DNA of 64,000 nt. It comes from a virus. The notes beneath the pieces were generated by a model. The model was not told where the DNA came from, made no database searches, and saw nothing but the letters and a program-made list of their open reading frames with translations. The first letter of the stretch is position 1. Each line of letters opens with the position of its first letter. This document shows positions 1 to 9,716 of this stretch, in pieces. The translations under genes were made by a program, and so were the position numbers. The DNA is taken from the IMG/VR virus record IMGVR_UViG_3300048921_000363, positions 22,752 to 86,751 of that record; one strand, given 5' to 3'.

Positions 1-1269
1 CGTGGCGGACGCCTGTGGGATATCGGTCAGTACGCCCCATTGCAGAATGAAGCCGCCCAGCCACGTCGGTAGCGCGACATAACCATTATCGCCGATCATC
101 ATCGAAACGCCGGCGCGCAGTTTTTTGGGGCTCACGGCCGTGCTGTCGTCCGTCCCCGTGTTGACTGCCAATTGGCTTGCGATGCGCACGAGCCCCAATA
201 TGCTTTCAGTGGCCTGTACCACCTTGGCGTTGATCGCCTGGAACACCCGCAACGCGCTCATGGGCTTGTTGGTGTCCGCACCGGTTTCCGCTTCGACCTG
301 ACTCGCGAAGGACACACCGTAGCCGGCCAGCGAGGTCGGCGTGGCGACTAGCGTTGACCAGTTCAGGGCCGAGAGGCCGCCACCGTTGCCATACAGCACG
401 CCCTCGACATAGACCCCGGTCGACGTGACGCGCACTCCGTTACCCGTACCGGAGGCCCACGGTGTCTGGCCCAATCCCATGTAGATGCAGTTGAGCGCGT
501 TGTTATTACCCCATGCACCCAGCCCGCCCAGAACAGGGCAAGCACCGGCATTGCTTCGCGCGTGAACGCCCCCCTCCCAAGACGGCACGGCGACGGCGAT
601 GACATCAAGACTGCTGCCGTTAAGCATGCGGATATTGCCGGCAACGTCACCGCCCGAAGTGGTCAACGCGTCGGTGATGCCATAACCGGCCAGCGTGGTG
701 GGACTGGAGCCGCTTTGCACAATGCCGCGCGCGTTGATCGTGACCTTGGTATAGGTGCCGGCCTCCTTGTTTAACGGCAGCACCTCCAGAATTGCCGCGT
801 CGACGAAGGCCCGGGTAGCCAGCACCACGGCCGGATCAATCTTGAGCTGAATATTGCCCGTGTTGCTGACAATAAAATTCATCCGCACGATCTGCGTCCG
901 GCCCGAGCCTTGCGACAGCAGGGGCTTGAAGCTCGGCGCGCAGTTGGCCACCGCGACCAGGTCGCCATCGGCGTCGTACAGGCCGATCTCGCGAATCCAC
1001 CGCCCGCCCTCGTCCGCCGGGATGACCTGCTCGGCAATCAGCACTGCCGGGTTGACCGGGTCGAGTAAAAGTCGATTGAGCGGCTTGCGCCGCCACTCGT
1101 TGATCAGCCTGGTCTGGCCCTCCGAGGGAATGACTGGGTCGACGTTGTTGGCATCACCCACGCCCATTTCGGTGATTTTCCAGGGTATGCCGAGCGCGTC
1201 GGCATTCGCCTGTTTGGCCATCCCCACCTTTGTGAGAATGGCGAAAAACTGCGTATTCGCATCAGTCAT
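1..1269 (-). CDS. Tail fibre protein (P2 gpH-like N-terminus), 3' end outside the window
   Basis: Not in the ORF track; hand translation from ATG 1269: MTDANTQFFAILTKVGMAKQANADALGIPW...WIREIGLYD...SFKPLLSQGSGR...TTLAGYGITDA; homologous to 42524..44002. Confidence 0.9.
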   Translation of the reverse strand, partial: MTDANTQFFAILTKVGMAKQANADALGIPWKITEMGVGDANNVDPVIPSEGQTRLINEWRRKPLNRLLLDPVNPAVLIAEQVIPADEGGRWIREIGLYDADGDLVAVANCAPSFKPLLSQGSGRTQIVRMNFIVSNTGNIQLKIDPAVVLATRAFVDAAILEVLPLNKEAGTYTKVTINARGIVQSGSSPTTLAGYGITDALTTSGGDVAGNIRMLNGSSLDVIAVAVPSWEGGVHARSNAGACPVLGGLGAWGNNNALNCIYMGLGQTPWASGTGNGVRVTSTGVYVEGVLYGNGGGLSALNWSTLVATPTSLAGYGVSFASQVEAETGADTNKPMSALRVFQAINAKVVQATESILGLVRIASQLAVNTGTDDSTAVSPKKLRAGVSMMIGDNGYVALPTWLGGFILQWGVLTDIPQASAT

Positions 1270-1871
1270 GGATAGATGTCCAGAGTGTCTATGGTGTGTT
1301 CGCGCCCAACCACGCCGAAGCTGCCCGTGACTTCGATGTCACGCATCACTGGTGGGTACACGTCGATCTCGTCGCCTTCGTAGAGGGACGCTGCAATGTT
1401 CAGATGACCTTGAGTTTCAAGGCTGATAGCCAGCCCGGTGAGCTGCCGACTGACCGGCTTGGCGTCATCGATCAAGCGTTCCAGCTCGAGGTACATTTCC
1501 TCGGTGATGCCTGTGTCGAGGACACCAACCTTTAGCGCGAAGGTGCCCGGCACGCCCTCCGGCTTGGTCTGCCACCATTCCAGCACCTCAATCAGGTAGC
1601 CAAGCGGTTCGACCACCCGGCGCAGCGCGCCGATGGTGCCCTTGTGCTTGTGGATATAGAACGATGCCTTGATCGCGGCGCGCTTGACCGGCTCCGGCCA
1701 CGCCGGATCCCAGCGGTCGACGGACCAGGCCCAAGCCAGGTGTGGCAGCAAATGCACGGGACAGGTGTCGGGGTTGTACAGCGTGCGTAACGGAATCAAC
1801 GTGGTCTCAGCGAAGGTCGCTTCGATACCCCGTTCCAATGGAGTGCTGTTGAGCGGCAAGAGACTGCGCAT
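1266..1871 (-). CDS. Phage tail protein I (P2 gpI-like)
   Basis: LLPLNSTPLE...LPHLAWAWSVDRWD...HKHKGTIGALRR; paralogous to 41908..42531. Confidence 0.92.
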   Translation of the reverse strand: MRSLLPLNSTPLERGIEATFAETTLIPLRTLYNPDTCPVHLLPHLAWAWSVDRWDPAWPEPVKRAAIKASFYIHKHKGTIGALRRVVEPLGYLIEVLEWWQTKPEGVPGTFALKVGVLDTGITEEMYLELERLIDDAKPVSRQLTGLAISLETQGHLNIAASLYEGDEIDVYPPVMRDIEVTGSFGVVGREHTIDTLDIYP

Positions 1872-2756
1872 TTAACCTCCCAGTACGACGGTGTAACCCG
1901 TGCAGTAAGCGGCCTGTGCCTTGGTGGGTTTCAAATCCTGCCAATCCTTGAGCTCGACCCGCCCGACGCCGGCGACATGCAGCTGCGCATCGACACCGGA
2001 CCGAGCCACCTCGACGCCCAGGCGGCGCCGAGGATTGATCCAGGCCTCCAACCGACGGATCGCCTCCGTGAGCGCGGCGTCGTTCTCCGGGCCGCTGCCC
2101 TTCATGTGCAGAACGGCATCCACGCGATAACGCAGGATCTCGGTGCCGCGCACGGTGACGCGGTCACCGACAGGGCGCACGTCATCGTCATTCACGGCCG
2201 CCGCGACCAAGGCCAGCAACTCCGGCCCGGCCGTCCCGTCGCCTTCCAGTCCCAGCACCGTGACGTCGACGCAGGCCGGCGCCGGACTTTCGGCCGTCGC
2301 ATCGGCCACCAGCGCCGAGGCGTTCCGAGCATGGAGGATGTAGCTGTTGCGCGGCCCGGCTGTGGTCAGTCCTTCGTAGGCCAGCTGCACCCGTTCACGC
2401 AGCGCATCGTGGGACTCCATCACCGCCTCCACCGGCGGCACGGCCAACGGGTCCGCCGCCTGGATAACCAAGCGTTTGAGGTTGACGTTGGCGGCCAGGT
2501 GATCCAGATCAGTGCCGGTGGCATAGGCCAACAACTGGGCCTTCGCCGCGTCGTTGACTCTCGCCCGATTGCCGAGCTTGATGTAGCTGCCGACCTCCAG
2601 CAGCTTGGTCACCGGATCGCTCTCCAGCGAGGCCGTCCAGTTCTGCCCCATGTGCCCACGAAACACGCCGAGCGCTTCGCTGTACGTATCTTCGAAATCC
2701 AGCGGCTCCAGCACGTCCGGCGCCGGCAGCTCCGACAGATCTACCAGGGTACTCAT
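1872..2756 (-). CDS. Baseplate J protein
   Basis: DLSELPAP, ESDPVTKLLE, LTTAGPRNSY, VRPVGDRVTV motifs; lies between W and I. Confidence 0.93.
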   Translation of the reverse strand: MSTLVDLSELPAPDVLEPLDFEDTYSEALGVFRGHMGQNWTASLESDPVTKLLEVGSYIKLGNRARVNDAAKAQLLAYATGTDLDHLAANVNLKRLVIQAADPLAVPPVEAVMESHDALRERVQLAYEGLTTAGPRNSYILHARNASALVADATAESPAPACVDVTVLGLEGDGTAGPELLALVAAAVNDDDVRPVGDRVTVRGTEILRYRVDAVLHMKGSGPENDAALTEAIRRLEAWINPRRRLGVEVARSGVDAQLHVAGVGRVELKDWQDLKPTKAQAAYCTGYTVVLGG

Positions 2757-3079
2757 ACCCACACCTCCAACGTGCCGCGTTCACCGAGGTACTCGCCGCT
2801 GATCTTGAAATTGATTTGACCGCCCAGGACGGAGACCACCACGACGCGCTCAAGCTTGAGCCGTGGCTCCCATTGGTTGAGCGCCCGCACAGCCTCAGCC
2901 TGCGCCGCGCTTTTCCAGCCTTCGTTGATGGGCAGGTCGACCATGCGCCGTAGCTTGCTGCCGTACTCCGGCCGTTCGCGACGGCTCAGCAGCGGTGTGC
3001 CGAGGATGTCCCCAACCGACTGACGTAAATGCTCGATACCGGAGATGGGCTGCCCGGTGTGGCGATCCATTCCGATCAT
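2753..3079 (-). CDS. Baseplate wedge W (gp25-like)
   Basis: GMDRHTG...HLRQSVGDILGTP...RPEYGS...WEPRL. Confidence 0.92.
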   Translation of the reverse strand: MIGMDRHTGQPISGIEHLRQSVGDILGTPLLSRRERPEYGSKLRRMVDLPINEGWKSAAQAEAVRALNQWEPRLKLERVVVVSVLGGQINFKISGEYLGERGTLEVWV

Positions 3080-3084
3080 CGGGT

Positions 3085-3348
3085 TTACTCCTTGAGCTGC
3101 TCGTATTCAGGGTGGGCCTTGAGACACTTCAGCGCGATGTCATCGCCCGCCTCGACCGAGACCAGGCTCTTGATCACGGGAAGCATGCGACCGTCCGGAA
3201 GGATCACCGTGCGTGAGCTGTAGAGGGTGTCGCGGAACTTGATAAACTGGTCAGAGGTTTGTCCGGGGAATCCCTGAGCAACAGGGACAAGCCCTGATAC
3301 TGGCTGGGCATCCACAATCGCCTCGACTTCAGGTTTGGCCTTAGTCAT
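3085..3348 (-). CDS. Hypothetical phage protein
   Basis: 87-aa ORF with GGAG RBS, co-oriented within the tail operon. Confidence 0.7.
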   Translation of the reverse strand: MTKAKPEVEAIVDAQPVSGLVPVAQGFPGQTSDQFIKFRDTLYSSRTVILPDGRMLPVIKSLVSVEAGDDIALKCLKAHPEYEQLKE

Positions 3349-3365
3349 AAATATCTCCAGGCATG

Positions 3366-3388
3366 AAAAAGCCCGCGCACGGCGGGCT
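3366..3388 (-). terminator. Intrinsic terminator-like hairpin inside the late operon
   Basis: GCCCGC/GCGGGC stem followed by a T-run on the minus strand. Confidence 0.6.
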
Positions 3389-3403
3389 GGGTGGATGGGG
3401 TGA

Positions 3404-3991
3404 TCAATGTTTGTGGTTGGCAGTGTTGCCGGTAGTGTCCAGGATTGCGCCGTCGCTGGTGATGTTCTGCGTGGCGTGCAGTGGCCCGTCGATATTGACC
3501 GGTCCCTTGATGTTCACTTTCCCTTCGAGTTCGATCGTTCCCGACTTCACGGTGACAGCGTTGTCGGTTACCTCGGCCTGGGTCGCCCCGACCTTGATGG
3601 TGACCGTGCCGGTCGGCAGGGTGATGCTGTAAATGCTGTCCTGCCAGTCGTAGACCAGACGCCCGCCATCCTCGAAATGCCAGACTTCGACGTGGTCGCG
3701 GTTGTCCGGTGGCGGGCCACCGTTACCATACAGGCCAGGAATGAATGTGCCCTGTGCCACGTCACCGCTAGCACTGATCAGGGTGCCCTGCTCGTTCAGG
3801 CTCGGCGCTCGCCAGTGACGCGCCTTGCCTGCAGCGACGCTGTGCCAGCGCACCCAGCCGCTGACCCATTCACCGTCCGACACGCGGCAGGCCGGTGGTG
3901 ATGAGGTAAGGTCGACTGCGACCACATAGCAGTCCTTGACCAATCCGGCGAGCATGCGGTCATGCTGCGCCGCGACGTAACTGGCACTCAT
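3404..3991 (-). CDS. Baseplate spike protein V
   Basis: SGWVRW...WRAPSLNEQG...FEDGGRLVYD...C-terminal HKH; start overlaps the upstream stop. Confidence 0.9.
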   Translation of the reverse strand: MSASYVAAQHDRMLAGLVKDCYVVAVDLTSSPPACRVSDGEWVSGWVRWHSVAAGKARHWRAPSLNEQGTLISASGDVAQGTFIPGLYGNGGPPPDNRDHVEVWHFEDGGRLVYDWQDSIYSITLPTGTVTIKVGATQAEVTDNAVTVKSGTIELEGKVNIKGPVNIDGPLHATQNITSDGAILDTTGNTANHKH

Positions 3992-4509
3992 GGCACGTCC
4001 TCCGGACGGAACGGACCATCGCCCGGTTCGATGTTCAGCATCAGGGTGCCCGGTGGCTGATCCGGCCATGGCCATTCGGCGTCACCGAGGTAAATCTGCT
4101 GTGTCCACTCCACCACCCAGACGGTGTAGCCGTCCAACTCGGGCTTAGTCCAGTCCGGTATGGCCTGCACGAACTCGGCCGGTTCGACCCGCACACCCCA
4201 GCTCTGCATGCGCAGCAGTGCGGCAAGGTGGCCGGCCAGAAACACCGCCTGCTGATGGTGATCCGGCTGGATAGGATCAGTGATGACCCGCGCCTCGAAC
4301 TTATAGGCCAAACCAGTTTCGCCCGTTCCCGGGTCAAGTCCCGGCTCCATCTCGGCCAGCTCAATCAGCACCGCCGGCAACGGTAGGCGATCCAGGTCAT
4401 TCGGCCACATGGTCACGGCCTGCAGACTCGGGAAGTGATCCTGAATGCGCCGCTCAATGGCGTGATACAACTGCTCAAGACTGAACGGCTCGTCGACTTG
4501 ATCCGTCAC
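3988..4509 (-). CDS. Phage tail completion/terminator-like protein
   Basis: 173 aa, between the gpZ-like and V genes; called from position only. Confidence 0.6.
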   Translation of the reverse strand: MTDQVDEPFSLEQLYHAIERRIQDHFPSLQAVTMWPNDLDRLPLPAVLIELAEMEPGLDPGTGETGLAYKFEARVITDPIQPDHHQQAVFLAGHLAALLRMQSWGVRVEPAEFVQAIPDWTKPELDGYTVWVVEWTQQIYLGDAEWPWPDQPPGTLMLNIEPGDGPFRPEDVP

Positions 4510-4510
4510 G

Positions 4511-5167
4511 TCATTTCCCCCTCAGATGCTTCTGCAACTCAAAGTTGAGTTCCTGCTGCAGGACGTGCAGCAACTGTTCGTCGGCCTTGCGGATCCAGCT
4601 CTCGAAATGTGGCCGTGCCTGCTCCAGCGACACCTTGGCTTTCGCCAGTGGAAAGCGGCTGCCGTGTTCGGCGATCCAACCCGAACTGGCCCCGCCTGCC
4701 CCGCTGACATCGCTGTCGGGGTAGTCACTGGCGTCGAAATGCTTGCTGGCTGTGCGGATCCAGACATCCGCACTGTTGCCGTAGACCTTCTTGAAGAACG
4801 CCCCCTGAAAGCGCCGACCGGCCACCGACACACCGGACCGACTCTGCCGAGGACGACCGATGCGGCTGGCCTCCATGGCGTTGAGGCCGAACCAAAGCTT
4901 GCCGCTGTTCGCGCCACCGCTGACCGGGTAAGCTCGCAGCCGCTGCCGCACAGCAGCCACCGCAATGCGCTCCTGTCGGCCAACGGCGCGGGCAATTTGC
5001 GTAGCGAGCCATCGCAGGGTTTTGTTGATGGCTCGCCGCTGTGCAGCAGCAGCGGCCTTGGGCACCAGGGCGGCGAAATCCTGAAAGGCTTTCAGGTCTG
5101 CCGCCGAAGTCTGCAAGGAGATCATCCCACCGCCGGTCGAGGGTTTGAAGTAGCTGCCCACGCTCAT
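4511..5167 (-). CDS. Minor tail protein, lambda gpZ-like
   Basis: Basic protein, RRAINKTLRW motif, follows the head-tail joining gene. Confidence 0.7.
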   Translation of the reverse strand: MSVGSYFKPSTGGGMISLQTSAADLKAFQDFAALVPKAAAAAQRRAINKTLRWLATQIARAVGRQERIAVAAVRQRLRAYPVSGGANSGKLWFGLNAMEASRIGRPRQSRSGVSVAGRRFQGAFFKKVYGNSADVWIRTASKHFDASDYPDSDVSGAGGASSGWIAEHGSRFPLAKAKVSLEQARPHFESWIRKADEQLLHVLQQELNFELQKHLRGK

Positions 5168-5484
5168 GGCCGTTTCCTCAGGATCAAGGCGACAAGTCCG
5201 TCACCGCCCGGTTCCAGCTGCAGCAGGTCGTAGTCGCCGCCACCGTCCAGCTCCGGCAGATCCACGCTGACCAGCAATCCCCTTTTCAGTCCGTGCGAAT
5301 CACGGACGCGGATCTCGAACTTCGGCTCACGCAACGCCGTTTTGAGGCTGCCCATCTTGGGTTGCATCCACGGCGCGGCGAACATGCCCAGCACCGGTTC
5401 GTCGCAGCCCTCGATCCGGGCCTTGTCGCCGAGCGTTTCGAACACCGTGTCATCGATGTCCTCCAGCAACTCGCGAAAAGACAT
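5164..5484 (-). CDS. Head-tail joining protein (gpFII-like)
   Basis: 106 aa immediately after the major capsid gene. Confidence 0.65.
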   Translation of the reverse strand: MSFRELLEDIDDTVFETLGDKARIEGCDEPVLGMFAAPWMQPKMGSLKTALREPKFEIRVRDSHGLKRGLLVSVDLPELDGGGDYDLLQLEPGGDGLVALILRKRP

Positions 5485-5486
5485 GA

Positions 5487-6482
5487 TCAGAGCTCCAGAA
5501 GAACCTGTGCACGAGGACGAGTGCACAGGTGCAGCGGGTTGGACTGGGCCTCACCGGCCACGCCCTTGTTGAATGGCAGAGGTTCGAGCTTGCTGTAATA
5601 AGGCAAACCTTCGGTGTTGACCGTTTCCATGTAGTCGGCCGGTGCGAAGGTGGAGATGTAAAGATCAGGCACGCCTTCCGGCACCAGCAGCGCCTTGTCA
5701 TCGTGGACGAACGAAACGCCCGCAACTTTGCCGCGATAGCGCTCCCAGACAATCCCGCCGAATTCAAAGCTTTCTCGCGCATCACCACGTAATGCGGCAG
5801 CCTGCAGAGTATTCAGATAGGTGTCTGTGACCGATTTGTGGGAGATCAGTTTGCTCCAGAAGTTTTTGCCGCAGAATGCGCGCGAGCCGGAGCTAGTCAC
5901 GCTGCCCAGGGCATCTTCCTGCATGTCCAACGCTTCGCCGGCACGCTCGCGCACATTCGTATCGAGATTGTTCAGGCCCATCGACATTTTCTGGCGGTTG
6001 ACGCCAAAGGATTTGTAGATGTCCAACAGCACCGTCTTACCATCGGCATCCAACACCTGGCCGTTCAATGCGCCCATGCGCTGAAATTCGTGGGTGGCGT
6101 CCAACTGCCGCCGCGCCTTTGCCAGACGCTTGTTGACCACATCCTGTACAGACTGAAGCTCAGTGCGCGTTCCGAACGCGCGGATACCTTGAATCTCGTC
6201 GGCCTTGATGGTGAAGCGTTCCGGCAGGTGCACAGTATTGAAGGGGATCAGCGTCCGCTTGCTTGCGCCGACCACCAGACCAGAGGTGCCGCGCTCCCCT
6301 GCTGGGACCAGTGCCAGGGTGTCACCGTCTTTCTCGATCTGCACGGTCAGGGTGGTGGTGCCTTCCTCGCGGAACAGGCCAAGGCTGCTGATGCGGCCCG
6401 GCAGGTATTCCTGCTCGTTGATCGCAGCGGTCAGCGAGGGGACGCTGAAAGCATCGTCTTCAAAAATGGCGATATCGGCCAT
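5487..6482 (-). CDS. Major capsid protein (lambda gpE family)
   Basis: DDAFSVPSLTAAIN...LGLF...EFQRMGALNG...EAQSNPLHLCTRP. Confidence 0.92.
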   Translation of the reverse strand: MADIAIFEDDAFSVPSLTAAINEQEYLPGRISSLGLFREEGTTTLTVQIEKDGDTLALVPAGERGTSGLVVGASKRTLIPFNTVHLPERFTIKADEIQGIRAFGTRTELQSVQDVVNKRLAKARRQLDATHEFQRMGALNGQVLDADGKTVLLDIYKSFGVNRQKMSMGLNNLDTNVRERAGEALDMQEDALGSVTSSGSRAFCGKNFWSKLISHKSVTDTYLNTLQAAALRGDARESFEFGGIVWERYRGKVAGVSFVHDDKALLVPEGVPDLYISTFAPADYMETVNTEGLPYYSKLEPLPFNKGVAGEAQSNPLHLCTRPRAQVLLEL

Positions 6483-6500
6483 GAGTATTCTCCAGAAACG

Positions 6501-6523
6501 AAAAATCCCGCACTCAGCGGGAT
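6501..6523 (-). terminator. Terminator-like hairpin between decoration and capsid genes
   Basis: ATCCCGC/GCGGGAT stem with a T-run on the minus strand. Confidence 0.5.
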
Positions 6524-6544
6524 GTATATAAGTGAGGGATCGAC

Positions 6545-6889
6545 TTAACGGACGATCACGAAATGAGTGGCGAGGGCCTTCTCGGCGGCCAGATCCAGGC
6601 CGGTCAGATGGGCTTCGCTGACCTCGGCCAGCCGCACCACCGCGCGACCGCGCCGCACGACATCGGACTCACCGAGCGGGCCGTAGAGAATGGCAACAGC
6701 GTTTTCCGTGCCGTCTTCTGCAGTCGGGCTGTACGGGGCGAATTCGCTGCTCGCAGTTACCAGTCCGAGGATCTGTCCGGGCTCCAGCGCCGGGCCTGCC
6801 GCGACGTTGATCGCTTCGCGGGAGATGTTGCCGGCGCCCTCGGACAGCAGGAATTCGCCTGCGTGCATCGGTTCCAGTTTGGAGGTCAT
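6545..6889 (-). CDS. Head decoration protein (lambda gpD-like)
   Basis: MTSKLEPMHAGEFLLSEGAGNISRE...GQILG; lies between protease and capsid; GGAG RBS. Confidence 0.85.
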   Translation of the reverse strand: MTSKLEPMHAGEFLLSEGAGNISREAINVAAGPALEPGQILGLVTASSEFAPYSPTAEDGTENAVAILYGPLGESDVVRRGRAVVRLAEVSEAHLTGLDLAAEKALATHFVIVR

Positions 6890-8028
6890 GGTCTTGCTCC
6901 TTTCGAGGTTGGGGACTGTGCGGCCTGACGGGCCGCCCAGATCGAGGACGGATCGGGTTGTTTGGCTTGAATTTTGAGCGGCGGGTCTTCGTTCTGCGGC
7001 AAGCTGTTGTCGATCTCGAAGCCCCCGCCTTTGCCCACGACTTTGTCGAAGAGCCGCGCACGCACGGCGCTGGCATCCAGTCCGGCCTGCACAAACTCCA
7101 CCGCGAACTCTGGCAACCGGGCGGCCACGCACAGATCGCGGATCGATTTGGCCTGAGTGATGGCGGCCTTCACCGTCGCCTCATCGACCAACTTGGTGGT
7201 GGCCAGCAGTGGCTCGATGAGGTTGCTCATTCCGCCCTGGTTACAAGACTTGCTGATCAGCAGAGCCAGCGCCGCTGCATCCGCACCTGGCTCCGTTGGT
7301 TCAGGATCGTCGATCACAGGTTCGGTCGGCTTCGCGGGTTCGTTGAGCAGATCCAGCAACGCCTGGGGAGTGTGCTGGTACTTCTGCATCACCGTGCCCT
7401 GCCCCAGGCACGCTTTGATCTGTACACCGTCGCCGACCTCGTCGGCCAACCCGAGGGCCACCGCTTCGCGGGCCGTCAGCCAGGTCTCTGCATTGACCAG
7501 ACGCCGCAGCTCGACTTCGTCGATGTTCGGAGCCTTGGCCTTGTAGGCCGTGATGATGAGTTCCAGCGCTTGATCCAGCGCGGTCGCGACCTTGCGCATG
7601 TCCTCGGCATCACCCGAGGCATACGTCCAGGGATTGTGGATCATCAGTGCGGCGTTTTCCGCGATTACCACGCGATGAGCGCCGCAAACTGCAACGCTCG
7701 CGGCACTGGCAGCCAAGGCATCGACGCGGCCGGTGCAGCGTTCGCCCAAACGCTTTAGGGCGTTATTAATGGCAAGACCGTCGAACAGGTCGCCGCCGAT
7801 GCTGTTGAACGCCACAACAATCGGTGATGTACCGTCATCCAGCTCGGCGAGATCGCGCACAAACTGATTGGCGGTGATGCCCCAAGTGCCGATCTCACCG
7901 TAGACGTACACCTCGATAGTGCTTTGTTCTGCTTCACCGCTGGCCCGGAGGCTGTACCAGTGTTTGTCTTGCATGGGCGGTTGCCCGTCCAGTTTGTTGA
8001 AGATCCGTAGTGGGAACGGCGGTTTCAT
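6886..8028 (-). CDS. ClpP-type head maturation protease with scaffold-like C-terminus
   Basis: YGEIG, NSIGGD, ALAASAAS, MIHNP, ETWLTAREA ClpP motifs. Confidence 0.92.
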   Translation of the reverse strand: MKPPFPLRIFNKLDGQPPMQDKHWYSLRASGEAEQSTIEVYVYGEIGTWGITANQFVRDLAELDDGTSPIVVAFNSIGGDLFDGLAINNALKRLGERCTGRVDALAASAASVAVCGAHRVVIAENAALMIHNPWTYASGDAEDMRKVATALDQALELIITAYKAKAPNIDEVELRRLVNAETWLTAREAVALGLADEVGDGVQIKACLGQGTVMQKYQHTPQALLDLLNEPAKPTEPVIDDPEPTEPGADAAALALLISKSCNQGGMSNLIEPLLATTKLVDEATVKAAITQAKSIRDLCVAARLPEFAVEFVQAGLDASAVRARLFDKVVGKGGGFEIDNSLPQNEDPPLKIQAKQPDPSSIWAARQAAQSPTSKGARP

Positions 8029-9509
8029 GGTTTCTCCTGGTCGTCAGGGTGAGTATCGACCTCGACGAGCGTTCGGTAATTGAGGCCCAGCTTGCGGGCA
8101 CGTTGGGCGTCGGCCGCGTTCTCCGCATCGACGGCTTCGGCGTCGTAGCCAGTGCGCAGGCACATCTCACTGCGCGAGGCGAATCCGGCATTGACCTCCA
8201 GCATTCGCGCTTGCACGTCCTGTACTGGTTGGATGTAGGCCCAGCCTTGCGGCACCCAGCGAGTGCGCAGAAATTCGCGGCGGCGACTGGCGTAGTCCGG
8301 TAGGTCAATCACCCCAGCCAGCACGGCCATGTCCAGCCACGCGGCGCGTACCGGCCGGCAGAGCTGGTGGATGTAGACGTTGAATTGCAGCTGTTCGAGG
8401 CGGCGTCGGAACTCGTTCAGCACCACTCGCAGCGCCCGGTCGTTGATGCCTTTCATGTCACCGGTGAGGATCTCGTAAGGCGTGTCGGTGCCGGCTGCTG
8501 CGGCCATCAGTTGCTGACGCATGAAGTCCGGGTAGTTGTTGCCGGCGTCCGGTGGATTGGAGAACTCGACCTCCTCACCGGCTCCCAGCTCCTGCATGGT
8601 GCCAGGCTCCAGCGCGACCATCGGCGTGAAGCCGTCGCGGTCGGCGGTGATCAACTGGCCGGTGACCGGGTCGCGAGGAACCTGCCCCATGTCCGGCGAT
8701 GGGCGCTTGATGAAGCCGGCAAACAGGTTGGAGACCTCCTGCCGGAACAGCACCGCGTCGTCGTAGTTGTCCAGGCTGCGCAGCCGCTTGAGAACCGGCG
8801 ACATGCGCGGCACACCGCGCAACTGACCCGGTTCCAACGGTTCGAAGATGTGCAGCACCTGGCTGGACGGTACACGCACCAGCTGGTTGTAGCCGCTGTT
8901 GAGCGACGACGCGTCTCGCGGGTGCGAGCGATACATCCAGTAGGCTACGCGCTTGCCGGCCGGGTTGAACTCGATCCCGGCGCGGATGATGTTGCCGTCG
9001 CGGGTGGTTTCGAATTTGTCGTGCGGAACAAATTCCGGTGCCAGGGTCTGCAGTTGCAGTGGCACGACCAGGCCTTCGTCGAGACCGCGCGGACGCAACC
9101 GGACAAAGCACTCACCCGCCGTTTCGACCGTGCGAGCCACCAGCGCCTGCTGCCCATAGAAGTCACAAAGGCCGTCCGCATCCGACTCGTCGGCCCAGTC
9201 GTCCCATAGTTCTTGCAGCAGCGTGCGCAGTTCTTCGTCCTTGACCTTCGGGCGCGGTGTGATGCCGGTGCCGATCAGGTTGCTGACGCGCTTGTTGATC
9301 GCGTTGGCCGCATACGGGTCATTGCGTACCGCTGCCCGCGACCGGGCTCGCAGGTTGCGTAGTGCCGGGGTGTTGATGCTGTTGATGCCGTTATCGGAAG
9401 CATCCCAACTGGCCGAACGACGGCCCTCTCCGGCGCCTTCGTAGCTGGCCTTGATGTTCGATGGCAGCAAAAATCCGCTACGCGTCAGTGCCGGAAATTG
9501 TCGAGACAT
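8025..9509 (-). CDS. Portal protein (lambda gpB family)
   Basis: LRARSR..VRNDPYA, GIEF, GQLRGVP, PYEILTGD motifs. Confidence 0.95.
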   Translation of the reverse strand: MSRQFPALTRSGFLLPSNIKASYEGAGEGRRSASWDASDNGINSINTPALRNLRARSRAAVRNDPYAANAINKRVSNLIGTGITPRPKVKDEELRTLLQELWDDWADESDADGLCDFYGQQALVARTVETAGECFVRLRPRGLDEGLVVPLQLQTLAPEFVPHDKFETTRDGNIIRAGIEFNPAGKRVAYWMYRSHPRDASSLNSGYNQLVRVPSSQVLHIFEPLEPGQLRGVPRMSPVLKRLRSLDNYDDAVLFRQEVSNLFAGFIKRPSPDMGQVPRDPVTGQLITADRDGFTPMVALEPGTMQELGAGEEVEFSNPPDAGNNYPDFMRQQLMAAAAGTDTPYEILTGDMKGINDRALRVVLNEFRRRLEQLQFNVYIHQLCRPVRAAWLDMAVLAGVIDLPDYASRRREFLRTRWVPQGWAYIQPVQDVQARMLEVNAGFASRSEMCLRTGYDAEAVDAENAADAQRARKLGLNYRTLVEVDTHPDDQEKP

Positions 9510-9715
9510 CAGATCCCCTTGCCTCCGTGACTGATCCGCACGACCCGCGAGCGCGGAGGGGCAGCACTGATAAGCGAGCTGCGGATTTCTTCACGAGCGC
9601 GGAGCAGTTCGTCGACGTCGCGGTATTCCACCGTTCGGTCGCTGTAACGCACGGTCTTTTCACCGCGTGCGATGGCGCGCTCGATGACATCGAGATGTTT
9701 TTGAGTAAAGGACAT
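9509..9715 (-). CDS. Head-tail joining protein (gpW-like)
   Basis: 68 aa, AIARGEKTVRYSDRTVEY, between terminase and portal. Confidence 0.88.
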   Translation of the reverse strand: MSFTQKHLDVIERAIARGEKTVRYSDRTVEYRDVDELLRAREEIRSSLISAAPPRSRVVRISHGGKGI

Positions 9716-9716
9716 A

